From the NCBI GenBank assembly GCA_963665115.1, contig OY762007.1, positions 2,624,001 to 2,688,000 of the forward strand: a stretch of 64,000 nucleotides of DNA, given 5' to 3'. The position numbers and the translations under genes are program-made. Shown here one piece after another: positions 31,609-41,416 of this stretch; position 1 is the stretch's first letter; every line of letters starts with the position of its first letter. Source of the stretch: an uncultured Rivularia sp. GTDB taxonomy: Bacteria; Cyanobacteriota; Cyanobacteriia; Cyanobacteriales; Nostocaceae. A model generated the notes under the pieces. It saw nothing but the letters and a program-made list of their open reading frames with translations, was not told where the DNA came from and ran no database searches.

Positions 31609-31944
31609 AATTTATATTGTGATAACTTGACATAGATAAATGAAGTCGTTCAACCTGGATGGGAGCCAACTTTTCCCTCACAGCTACAGGGAAAAGAACT
31701 TATGTACTATTTTTAGAAACATTAATTTTGCGGGGTATTCGGGAGTGTGTTAACGCAGTGTGTCCGTCAGGACATGCATCTTGCGTAGCGAATTACGACT
31801 AGGGAGCGAGACGCTGCCACTACAAATGTGTTACCCAACAAAATAAATGTGGCGGAGCATTGGTAATTCTAAAGAATCGCAAATTACCCAAAAATTATTT
31901 TCACTAAATTCTAATACCAACTCGCTTCATAACCTCACTATTAC

Positions 31945-32153
31945 TTGCTCTATATTGGAGCAAACACTGATGGCTCTAGTTACCGTAAAGCTACTTGCAG
32001 AGAATACAAGAAGATGGCAGTAGATCTTCCTCGTAGTCGTACATATCACTACAGTAACCATCATGTCAAGGATAATTTTACGGTTTATATAATTGCGATT
32101 AATTGTTTAATCGTTGATATGAGTGGATTATTAAAGCCGCTCTTATTTGTGTC
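31945..32153 (+). ncRNA. Candidate structured RNA / leader upstream of the T1SS operon
   Basis: Several nested helices are visible by eye (see findings); no known family recognised. Confidence 0.35.
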
Positions 32154-32435
32154 CTACGAAAAACCCCATGTCCATTTTTAACAACGGTTAAACTATTAAA
32201 TAGATTGTCCCAAATCAAAAAACGGTAAAAAAACTTACGTGTGTATTTACTCTACCCTTGGCAAATGTTAGGTTTTTTCACTACTATGTTTTTCAGTAAT
32301 TACCCGAATAGCATATGTTCCTATAACTAGGTATTAATAACATTCAGCAGTTACTACTAAAATTAACCTTTAGGTTGTCTTTTATTCTTTATTAACACAC
32401 TTACAACCCGTTAATAACTTTATAGATATACTTTG

Positions 32436-33239
32436 ATGGAAACAATTTATGACAGCGGCAACCCGAATGATACTGATATTATGACCGCACTTTTACAAAT
32501 TGGCGATCGCACTATAAATGTTGATGAAATTCTTCCGTTGCTCAAGCAGTACGGAATGCTGCCTCAGTTGCTTAGAGAAATAGTCATTGATGATGCAACT
32601 GCTTCTATAGCGCTTTCCGAAGAAGAAGTTCAGGAAGCGTATAAACAATTTTATCAACAGCAGCAGCTAGGAGATGAGGAGCAATTACAAGCTTGGCTAA
32701 AATCCCGTGGTTTGGAGCGCGAACAGCTTGATTATTTGGTTACTCGCACCCTTCGCGTAGAAAAATTTAAGCAAGATACCTGGGGAACAAAGGTAGAGTC
32801 ATATTTTCTTCAACGTAAGGAAAAGTTAGATAAAGTAATTTATTCGCTGATTCGGGTTAATGATATTGCCGTTGCCCAAGAATTGTATTTTCGGGTACAA
32901 GAAGATGAGCAGCCTTTTGCAGAACTTGCTCGCGAGTATTCTAAAGGGCCAGAAGCGCAGACGGGTGGTTTAATTGGCCCGGTTGAATTGGGGGTTCCCC
33001 ATCCGGTTTTAGCGAAAATGTTACTTAAGTCTCAACCAGGACAAGCTTTACCCCCAACTCGCTTGGGAGATTGGATTTTAATCGTCCGTTTGGAACAATT
33101 TCTGCCAGCGCAGCTAGATTCAGCCACCCACAAGCGACTATTAAACGAGCAATTTGAAACTTGGCTCTCTGGAGAAATATCTTCTGCTATCAAGAATAGT
33201 CAGTTATCGGCGGATAAAAGTGGCTCTACTGAGGATTAA
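32436..33239 (+). CDS. Parvulin-like peptidyl-prolyl isomerase associated with cyanobacterial T1SS
   Basis: YFLQRK..LDKVIYSLIR, AQELYFR, FAELAREYS.GPEAQTGGLIGP. The true start may be the ATG at 32481. Confidence 0.85.
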   Translation: METIYDSGNPNDTDIMTALLQIGDRTINVDEILPLLKQYGMLPQLLREIVIDDATASIALSEEEVQEAYKQFYQQQQLGDEEQLQAWLKSRGLEREQLDYLVTRTLRVEKFKQDTWGTKVESYFLQRKEKLDKVIYSLIRVNDIAVAQELYFRVQEDEQPFAELAREYSKGPEAQTGGLIGPVELGVPHPVLAKMLLKSQPGQALPPTRLGDWILIVRLEQFLPAQLDSATHKRLLNEQFETWLSGEISSAIKNSQLSADKSGSTED

Positions 33240-33243
33240 TTCT

Positions 33244-33478
33244 ATTTTAGATTTTAGATTTTGGATTTTGGATTGAAATTTAAACAGTTGCCGTAGGACT
33301 AAAAATAAAAAGTATCTTATTCTTTATCAGTTGCATTATTACCTAAGCTAGCAAATACGCTTGCGCGTTTTCAAATAATCCAAAATCCAAAATTCTTAAG
33401 TTTTCAGGTGTATTTATAGGATTAATCCAAAATCCGTTAGCGTAGCGTGTCCGAAGGACATAATCCAAAATCCAAAAT
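33244..33478. repeat. Heptamer tandem repeats (ATTTTGG/CCAAAAT) with an inserted 26-nt element at 33435-33460
   Basis: (ATTTTRG)x4, then inverted AATCCAA arrays. CGTTAGCGTAGCGTGTCCGAAGGACA lies between two TAATCCAAAATC. Confidence 0.8.
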
Positions 33479-33482
33479 TCCC

Positions 33483-36400
33483 ATGACTTATACAACAACT
33501 AACATCCAAGAATTTTTAGCGGAGATTGCTCCTTTTAACCAGCTGCAACCTCCGGTAATGGCGAAGCTTCTAGAAAAAGCACAGCTGTTCCGCTACCGCA
33601 TGGGACAGGTGATTTTGGCTCGGGAAAAAATGCCCGCTCAAATATCCGTCCTTTTTTCCGGACAAGTGCGTTTATTGGGTTACGAACCTCAAACCCAAAT
33701 ACCCGTAACTTTGGCAAGACTGCAACCCGGAGAAATTATGGGTTGGCTGGAAACAGTGCGGGGAGTACCTGGCTCTACTGCTATAGCTTCGACGGAAGTT
33801 ATTTGTATTAACTTTAGTGCTGCGGATTTTCTAGCTTTATTAGGACAAGAAGAAAGCTTTGGCACATATTTTTACAATCGTGTGGGAATAGTTGAAGTAT
33901 TTGAATTGCTGTCGAAGCAACTAGGTACTCATGCAAATAATCAGTTAATTTTACAAGCATCTGACTGCGCTAATTGCAAGGAATTAACGTTAAAGATTTT
34001 TGATCAAACACAAATTGCTAATTTAACAAATCGTGATGCTGCCAACCAGTTAAACCCCGATTATGTGTGGTTGGTGAGTGGAGGAACGGTTTCTCCTGAA
34101 TTAATCGGCAATCGTTTTGATGAAGATGAGTCTTTACCAAGAGGAAGTCGGGTTCGTTTGTTGGGAGTAAACGAAAATGTCTTTTCACCATTAGAAGACA
34201 CATTGCAAGATACTACCGAAGAAGCGCAACAAGTACATATCGCTGAAGTAATACCTGCTGGAGAATCTTCGACAGGATTCGACGATATTCCCTACGCACC
34301 CAACGAACCACCAGAAGCGGAAGGTAGTTTTAACAAACAAAATGCTGCTGCTGCGATTAAATATCCCCACGTGCGCGGTAGCGGCGAAGTAAATGCAATT
34401 TTGGCTTGTTTCCAGATGTTGAGCAAGCATTTAAATATGCCCTTCCGCAAGGAAGTTATTCGTAAAGTTTTAATAAATCAAAAAAAGCGCACGGGTTCGC
34501 TGTCGTTGCAGCAGTGCGGTGCTGTAGCTCAATTAGTAGGTTTAAGACCCCAACTTGTGGGCGTTCCCTCCGGTGCGTTAGGAAGAATTGAACCTCCTGC
34601 AATAGTGCAATGGCAAGATAGTTATGCCGTACTTTACGAAATTACCAACAAAACCATAGTACTCGGCGTACCGGAATCGGGAATCCTGCGTCAAAATACC
34701 TCAGATGTAGCCCAAGTGCTGCTTCAGTCGCAACCTCAAACCGAAGAGCAACCACAAGATGCTATTCCCATATTGCTGCTGCAAGCCACCTCAGAAACCC
34801 CGCAGCAAAAATTCGGGTTAAGTTGGTTTTTACCATCTTTGAATAAGTATAAAGGCGTACTTGTAGAAGTTTTTATTGCTTCTTTCTTCTTCCAGTTGTT
34901 TGGTTTGGCTAATCCCCTTGTTACCCAGGTAATTATTGATAAAGTTATTAACCAAAACAGTCCAGATACGCTGCAAGTTCTGGGTGTATTTCTACTAGTA
35001 ATTGCAGTATTTGAAGCAATTATTGGTACCATCCGGACTTATTTGTTTGTTGATACCACCAACCGCATTGATTTAGCTCTAGGTTCGGAAATTATCGACC
35101 ACTTACTGCGGCTACCATTACGTTACTTTGAAAAGCGACCCGTAGGTGAACTTTCTACCAGGGTGAACGAATTAGAAAAAATTCGTAGCTTTTTAACAGG
35201 AACCGCTTTAACAGTGGTGTTAGATGCGGTTTTCTCCGTGATCTACATAGTGGTAATGTTTATTTATAGCTGGCTACTGGCTCTCGTAGCCTTGGGGACA
35301 TTACCGCTATTCGCCATCCTTACCTTTGTGGTTTCTCCCATCGTGCGGCGACAGCTACGGTTTAAAGCAGAACGTAACGCCGAAGCACAATCCCACTTAG
35401 TAGAAATTTTATCGGGTATTCAGACAGTTAAAGCGCAAAATATTGAATTGCGATCGCGCTGGCAATGGCAAGAACGTTATGCTCGTTATGTCAGTGCTGG
35501 TTTCAAAAACGTACAGACTTCTACTGCGGCAGGTTCTACCAGTGGTTTTCTCAACAAGCTTTCCGGCTTACTCGTGCTGTGGGTAGGAGCTTATTTAGTA
35601 TTAGACAACAAACTAACTTTGGGACAGTTAATTGCCTTTCGTATTATTGCCGGTTATGTGACTTCTCCCTTGTTACGTCTTACCCAGCTATGGCAGAATT
35701 TCCAGGAAACCGCTTTATCCTTGGAACGCTTAAGCGATATTATCGACTCACCCCAAGAAGCCAGCGAAGAAGATAAAGGTAACATTCCCATGCCAATGAT
35801 TGAAGGGGCTGTTACATTTGATGACGTTTCCTTCCGCTTCAAACCCACCGGTCCGATGCAGTTAAATAACATTAGTTTAGAATTTCCGCCCGGTGTATTT
35901 GTTGGTGTCGTCGGACAAAGTGGTTCCGGCAAAAGTACGTTGATGAAGCTGGTACCGCGTCTTTATCCTTTAGAATCAGGGCGCATTCTCATTGACGGTT
36001 ACGATGTCAATAAAGTAGAACTTTACTCCCTCAGACAGCAAGTAGGAATTGTGCCGCAAGATACACTGCTTTTTGAAGGTTCGGTACAGGAAAATATTGC
36101 TTTAAACTTTCCTGATGCTACTCCAGAGGAGATTATCGAAGCTGCTAAAATTGCAGTAGCACATGAATTTATCATGGAACTGCCGAATGGTTACAATAGT
36201 AGAGTCGGCGAACGAGGTAGCGCTTTATCCGGCGGACAGCGACAAAGAGTCGCAATTGCGCGTACAATTTTGCAAAATCCACGCTTATTAATTCTTGATG
36301 AAGCTACCAGCGCCCTCGACTATGAGTCAGAACGTCAGGTATGCTTAAATTTAGCAGAAGCCTTCAAAGGGCGAACCGTTTTCTTTATTACACACCGCTT

Positions 36401-36536
36401 AAGTACAATCCGTAATGCCGATATTATCTTGATGTTAGATAAAGGTTGTGTGGTAGAACAAGGAACCCATCAAGAACTAATGTCACTAAAAGGGCGTTAC
36501 TACTGTCTCTATCAGCAACAAGAAGCACAAATTTAA
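33483..36536 (+). CDS. hlyB: Type I secretion ABC transporter (HlyB family) with N-terminal cNMP-binding and C39-like domains
   Basis: GQSGSGKST, LSGGQRQR and LILDEATSALD; ABC TM domain. The C39-like region lacks the QxxxxDCG motif. Start is set at MTYTT because the upstream GTG lies inside a repeat. Confidence 0.9.
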   Translation: MTYTTTNIQEFLAEIAPFNQLQPPVMAKLLEKAQLFRYRMGQVILAREKMPAQISVLFSGQVRLLGYEPQTQIPVTLARLQPGEIMGWLETVRGVPGSTAIASTEVICINFSAADFLALLGQEESFGTYFYNRVGIVEVFELLSKQLGTHANNQLILQASDCANCKELTLKIFDQTQIANLTNRDAANQLNPDYVWLVSGGTVSPELIGNRFDEDESLPRGSRVRLLGVNENVFSPLEDTLQDTTEEAQQVHIAEVIPAGESSTGFDDIPYAPNEPPEAEGSFNKQNAAAAIKYPHVRGSGEVNAILACFQMLSKHLNMPFRKEVIRKVLINQKKRTGSLSLQQCGAVAQLVGLRPQLVGVPSGALGRIEPPAIVQWQDSYAVLYEITNKTIVLGVPESGILRQNTSDVAQVLLQSQPQTEEQPQDAIPILLLQATSETPQQKFGLSWFLPSLNKYKGVLVEVFIASFFFQLFGLANPLVTQVIIDKVINQNSPDTLQVLGVFLLVIAVFEAIIGTIRTYLFVDTTNRIDLALGSEIIDHLLRLPLRYFEKRPVGELSTRVNELEKIRSFLTGTALTVVLDAVFSVIYIVVMFIYSWLLALVALGTLPLFAILTFVVSPIVRRQLRFKAERNAEAQSHLVEILSGIQTVKAQNIELRSRWQWQERYARYVSAGFKNVQTSTAAGSTSGFLNKLSGLLVLWVGAYLVLDNKLTLGQLIAFRIIAGYVTSPLLRLTQLWQNFQETALSLERLSDIIDSPQEASEEDKGNIPMPMIEGAVTFDDVSFRFKPTGPMQLNNISLEFPPGVFVGVVGQSGSGKSTLMKLVPRLYPLESGRILIDGYDVNKVELYSLRQQVGIVPQDTLLFEGSVQENIALNFPDATPEEIIEAAKIAVAHEFIMELPNGYNSRVGERGSALSGGQRQRVAIARTILQNPRLLILDEATSALDYESERQVCLNLAEAFKGRTVFFITHRLSTIRNADIILMLDKGCVVEQGTHQELMSLKGRYYCLYQQQEAQI

Positions 36537-36563
36537 TAAAAATGGGAATTGGGGATAGGGCAT

Positions 36564-36676
36564 AGGTCAAAGGTCAAAGGTCAAAGGTTAAAGGTTTCAT
36601 TTATAACTCACTACTCCTAACTCCCAACTCCCAACTCATTACTCCCAACTCCTAACTCCTAACTCCTAACTCTTAA
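36564..36676. repeat. STRR-type heptamer arrays (AGGTCAA)n and (ACTCCYA)n
   Basis: Tandem 7-mers read directly between hlyB and hlyD. Confidence 0.9.
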
Positions 36677-36682
36677 ATTCCC

Positions 36683-38234
36683 ATGACTCAACTTAACGGT
36701 AATCTCAACGGCAATGGCTCTCGGCAATCCGTACTCCCTAAATTCCAGAAAACTCCCCAGGACTCGATTCATCAAAAAAATGGTAAATCGCAGATTCCCG
36801 AGTTTGAGCAAGCTGTAATTTTACGGCGATCGCCAGTATTTTCGCGGGCGGCGTTGTGGAGCATTTTGGGCGTAACTGTGTTTACGATTAGTTGGGCGGC
36901 CCTTAGCAAAATTGACCAAGCTATCCCTGCTCAAGGAAAGCTAGAACCCCAAGGAGCGGTTAGGGAAGTGCAGGTTCCTGTTAATGGTTTAGTGGAAAAG
37001 GTTTTTGTGAAAGATGGGCAGCGAGTAAAAGCAGGGGATGTGCTGCTGCATCTGGATCATTCTGGTGCCGAAGCGGAACTGACTTCCGCAAATCAAGTTC
37101 GCAAAGCTTTGATGTTGGAAAATCAATTTTATCGCAGTTTATTTAGTAGGGGCCGCCTCTCCATCACAACCAGCTTCGATTCAAGTTCCTCCAGAAATGT
37201 CAAGGTTGGCTCAAAGCCGCAATGCGTTATTAAAAGAAAACCAGTTTTTTAGAGTGCTGCTGAGTGGAAAGAGCGATGGTGTAAATCTGACAGGGGAAGA
37301 GCAACTGCGTTTATTTTCCAGTCAACAAGAATTAAGAAGTCAAGCCGCTCAAATTAAATTAGAAAGAGATCAGCTAGAGCAACAATTAGCCCAAACTAAA
37401 GAACGACTTGATAACTCCCGAAACATTCTAGCTATCAACCAAAAAATCCTTAACAGTTTAGAAAGTTTGAATACAGAAGGTGCAATTCCTCGCTTGCAGT
37501 ACTTGCAGCAACAGCAAGAAGTTAACAACCGCAAGAGTGAAGTAGCTCAATTAGGTTCGGAAATACAGCGTTTAAGATTGGCTATGGTTCAAACAGGTCA
37601 GCAATTACAAAATGCTTTGTCAACTTCTGCAAAAGATACCTTGACTCGAATTGCAGACAATGAAAAGCGGATTGCTGAAATTGACAGTCAAATTAATAAA
37701 TCGATAGTCGAAAATGAAAAGCGGATTGTTGAATTAGACGGTCAAATCAAGCAAGCAAAATTAACTAGAAAGTATCAAGTTGTTAGAGCTCCAGTAGATG
37801 GAACAGTATTTGATTTAAAAGCCGGAAATCCTGGTTATGTGGCTAATACTACCGAACCCGTGCTGAAAGTGGTACCGGAACAATCTCTGATGGCTGAAGT
37901 ATTTATAACTAACAAAGATATCGGGTTTGTTAGAAAAAATATGCAGGTTGATGTCAGAATTGAAAGCTATAACTTCAGCGAGTTCGGTGATATCAAAGGT
38001 ACGCTTGTGTCCATTGGTGAAGATGCCTTACCACCGGATGAAATTTATCCCTACTACCGTTTCCCAGCTAAAGTGGAACTGAATCGACAAACTTTAAATG
38101 CAAATGGTGAAAAATTACCTCTACAATCTGGTATGTCCGTTACGGCAAACATCAAAACACGAGAACGAAGCATTTTAAGTATATTTACGGATAAGTTTAC
38201 CAAAACAGTAGAAAGCGTCGAGTTCGTTAGGTAA
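36683..38234 (+). CDS. hlyD: HlyD family secretion adaptor (+1 frameshift in the G run at 37149-37152)
   Basis: Single TM, AQGKLEPQG, VKDGQRVKAGDVL, long coiled coil, RAPVDGTVF, DIGFV and LQSGMSV. Confidence 0.9.
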
Positions 38235-38273
38235 ATCGCAAAAATTTAAGATTAATTTAACGTTTACATAAAG

Positions 38274-38308
38274 ATTTCATCCTGTGTATTGCCGCAGGAT
38301 GAAATTTT
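38274..38308 (+). terminator. Intrinsic terminator after hlyD
   Basis: ATTTCATCCTG...CAGGATGAAAT followed by TTT. Confidence 0.7.
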
Positions 38309-38421
38309 ATTATATATTGTGAGAAAATAATAAACTTTCTGTAAAGAAATAAAAAACCTATGTTAATTTATTTGCTTTGTATTTTTTTAGATTATCGTGT
38401 ATAAGTAAGTTTACGAAGTAT

Positions 38422-38909
38422 GTGTTCCCCTCTTGTGCTATTAACGGAAAGTTAGATTTACTTCTGACCAGAAGATAGATAGGCGTGATAGTAGAAAAAT
38501 TAAAATTTAATTATTTCTACGAAAAAAGCAAAAATTTCATGCTCTACTTCTAGTAAGCGCTGTTTGAAGAGCTTTTTCATCGGCGTTTATAGAACCTTTC
38601 CGGAAGACGTAGTAAATAAGCTGTATTGCTCTATTGCAGGATACAAAAACTTAGATGAATTAAAACTGCAATTAAAACCTTCTATTTCAGGCATATGTTC
38701 TGATGCAGAGTCGTAGGTTATTTTTGCATCACAATATTTATCAAAACAGCGGCTAGAAGTTTGCTTTTAATGGAAACCGAATACGGATTTCTTAATTTTT
38801 GCTACCCAAATAATATCAACTTAAAAATGAATTAGAAAAATAAATTCTCAAAACTATTGCTCTATAAGGCAACCAAAAATCCGGACATTTTTTTTCGAGC
38901 AGGGAACAT
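38422..38909 (+). ncRNA. Candidate ~490-nt highly structured RNA / 5' leader
   Basis: Nested long-range helices (see findings); no ORF of 60 aa or more in the region. Confidence 0.45.
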
Positions 38910-39083
38910 CTGCAACGCAATGTCTTCAAAAATTAAGAAGTATATATTTGTGGTCAAAAATTAAAATCCCAATTCAGCAGCTACAAGGTTTTTTCTAAAT
39001 GTAGGATAACACAGTCATGGTGAAATTGCGTACATCTATCTCAAGAAACATCTTTAAAACAAAACTAAAAAAGGGAAAATAAA

Positions 39084-40760
39084 ATGCTCGAATCTAAACA
39101 AGTTAACTCGGACGAAAATATCCAATACAACTTTGCTTACCTAATCGACACATCCGATAGTGTAGGAACAGATACGCTTCAGCAAGCTAAACAAGCTTAC
39201 ATCAATTTAACTAAATCCTTAGTCGATAGAGGAATTGCAGATGTCAGTAACTTCGGAATAATTCCTTTTGGTTCTAATGCATACCTTGAAACACCAGTAA
39301 ATGCCACCGAGGCAATCTCAACAATTCAAGGCTTGTCTGGCAATGGTTTTACCAATTTCAATGCAGCACTTAAAACAGCAAATCAATTTTTCTCTACCGC
39401 ACCCTCTGAAGCAAGAAATATAGCCTATTTTATCTCTGATGGATATTCAACCACAGGAGGAAGTTTTGAAGATTCTGCAAAAGCTCTTAAAGCAGTAGCT
39501 GACGTGCAAGCTTATGGTTTTGGGGCTGCGAATATTCAAGAATTGAGGATTATAGATTCAGATCAACCTCATATAGTCCCCGAAGTATCACAACTAGCTA
39601 CTACATTTGTTGCTAGTACAGATGGTTTGGTTGCAAACAAGCCTCAAGATTTTGATTCCAAAACGGACGGAGACAACGAGATTGAAATCGCATCTGCTCC
39701 TCCAGATGAAGCTGTCAAAGAAAACTCATCGGATACTACCAGTCAGCAAGTCTTAAAGAGAGACGAAGAAAAATTGGTTGATGATTCTGTTGTCGAGGTT
39801 CCACCTACATCTGAGAAAATAGAAATTGATAATATAGTCAACGTAGGTGCCAACATCGATCCATTGACTGGTGGAGAGCTTCCCGTTGTAAGTATTGAAG
39901 ATATTGAAATCGTTGAAGGTAATTTAGGAACCAGCATCGCTCAATTTACGGTTAATTTATCTTCACCTGCTACCGAGGAGATTGAATTTTTATACCAAAC
40001 TGTCGATGGAAGCGCGATTTCTGCTTCTGACTATAATCAAGCATCCGGACAGATTACCATTCCAATTGGTGAAACCAGCACCCAAATTGATGTTGAAGTA
40101 AATGGGGATAGCGAAGTTGAGCCTGCCGAAGAATTCACTCTGAATCTAAAAGGGTTATCTTCAGCAACTTTTGCAAACAACAAAGCAGAATATAGCAAAG
40201 TTGCCGTTATCAGAAACGATGATGTTGTACAAAATTCACCAATTGTTCCTCAAAACGAAGCGCCAAATATTCTTGATAAGAATCTACTTGATTTAGAATC
40301 CTTCGCTGGGGAGATAGCAATTAACTTCACTTTAGATAGAGAAGCATTGTATGACAATACCGTTGGTTTTTACAAAATTGAAAACGCAGAAGGAACTATT
40401 ACAGATCCAGTAACCGGAAATCAATTTAAACCAAGTGATGGGCAAGCTTATGCTGAACTAGCGATTGAGCTTCGCCAACCCGAATTGGAATTAAGCGTAG
40501 ATAGTCAGAGTTCTATAACTATTCAAGATACCCTCTCAGGAGGATATCTCTATGCTCCCTTCCTCATCGCTGATGGAGATATTGATAGTCTTGAGGGAGA
40601 TTTCAACCAAGTTTACTTCTCGTTTGCTCAAGCCAATTCCGATAAAACCGAGCATATTCGTTCGTTAGGAAACAACACCTTCGGTTTTGAAGATTTAGCG
40701 AATGGTGGTGATAATGACTTTGACGATATGGTTGTCGGCATTGAGATTGCACCTGTTTAG
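39084..40760 (+). CDS. VWA + Calx-beta + DUF4114-type domain protein
   Basis: LIDTSDS MIDAS, TNFNAAL and FISDG; VSIED..IVEGN..FTVNLS...DGSA...DY...NGDSEVE..EEF; FGFEDLANGGDNDFDD. Confidence 0.85.
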   Translation: MLESKQVNSDENIQYNFAYLIDTSDSVGTDTLQQAKQAYINLTKSLVDRGIADVSNFGIIPFGSNAYLETPVNATEAISTIQGLSGNGFTNFNAALKTANQFFSTAPSEARNIAYFISDGYSTTGGSFEDSAKALKAVADVQAYGFGAANIQELRIIDSDQPHIVPEVSQLATTFVASTDGLVANKPQDFDSKTDGDNEIEIASAPPDEAVKENSSDTTSQQVLKRDEEKLVDDSVVEVPPTSEKIEIDNIVNVGANIDPLTGGELPVVSIEDIEIVEGNLGTSIAQFTVNLSSPATEEIEFLYQTVDGSAISASDYNQASGQITIPIGETSTQIDVEVNGDSEVEPAEEFTLNLKGLSSATFANNKAEYSKVAVIRNDDVVQNSPIVPQNEAPNILDKNLLDLESFAGEIAINFTLDREALYDNTVGFYKIENAEGTITDPVTGNQFKPSDGQAYAELAIELRQPELELSVDSQSSITIQDTLSGGYLYAPFLIADGDIDSLEGDFNQVYFSFAQANSDKTEHIRSLGNNTFGFEDLANGGDNDFDDMVVGIEIAPV

Positions 40761-41183
40761 TTTGCGCCCGTTCTCGGTTTCATAGCTCCTTACTTATTCC
40801 TGATTTGGCTAGATTGCTAGAGTTTGAAATCCTCATTTAATAGGTTGTAAACTGTGTCGATTTTGATAATTGTAATTTTGACCGCATCCGTTAAAAAAAA
40901 GGAACCCAACTTGTACACTTTTTATGGTATATGAATTTGAAATAGAACTAAATTACCTGGCAAACCTACTGCTCTTATTACTTTTTCTTTGCATGTGCGA
41001 GGATAAATTATTTGTAGTGCGAGCCGAATTACAACCAGCGATCTAGAAGTATGTCCTACAGACACGCTCCGCTAACGATGAACGCGAATGCTAACGCACT
41101 ACTTCTAGCCCCTCAGAAGTTATGTGGTGGAGTATTAAACGAAACGCTTAATTAATTTTGCACAAGTACCTAAATAAGTATAG

Positions 41184-41302
41184 GAATGACTGCACTCAGA
41201 TATTTAAAATCACTGTAATTTCCTGTTGCCCGTTCCCTGTTCCTTATTCCTTATTCCCTATAGCCTAAAACCTTTATTTTTGGTTTCATCGGGTAAGTCC
41301 TA
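41184..41302. repeat. Left arm of ~110-bp inverted repeat flanking gene 41417-42160
   Basis: Reverse-complement match to 42172-42276: AGATATTTAAAATC.CTGTAATT and CCTATAGCCTAAAACCT..ATTTTTGGTTTCA....TAAGTCCTA. Confidence 0.8.
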
Positions 41303-41416
41303 AAATAGATCAATTTTGCTTTAAGTATTATTGCAAACACAATATTCTGATTTTTATATATAACATAAATCTGCCTGCATATAATTACTTGTATAGCAGT
41401 AGTAGATAGTATTGTC

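Noticed and set aside
33447..33482. N-terminal extension MSEGHNPKSKIP of HlyB
   Set aside because: The GTG lies in the 26-nt repeat and the extension is translated heptamer repeat.
36564..36676. Tandem repeats as a CRISPR array
   Set aside because: These are heptamers without spacers, and no cas genes or repeat-spacer array occur in the window.
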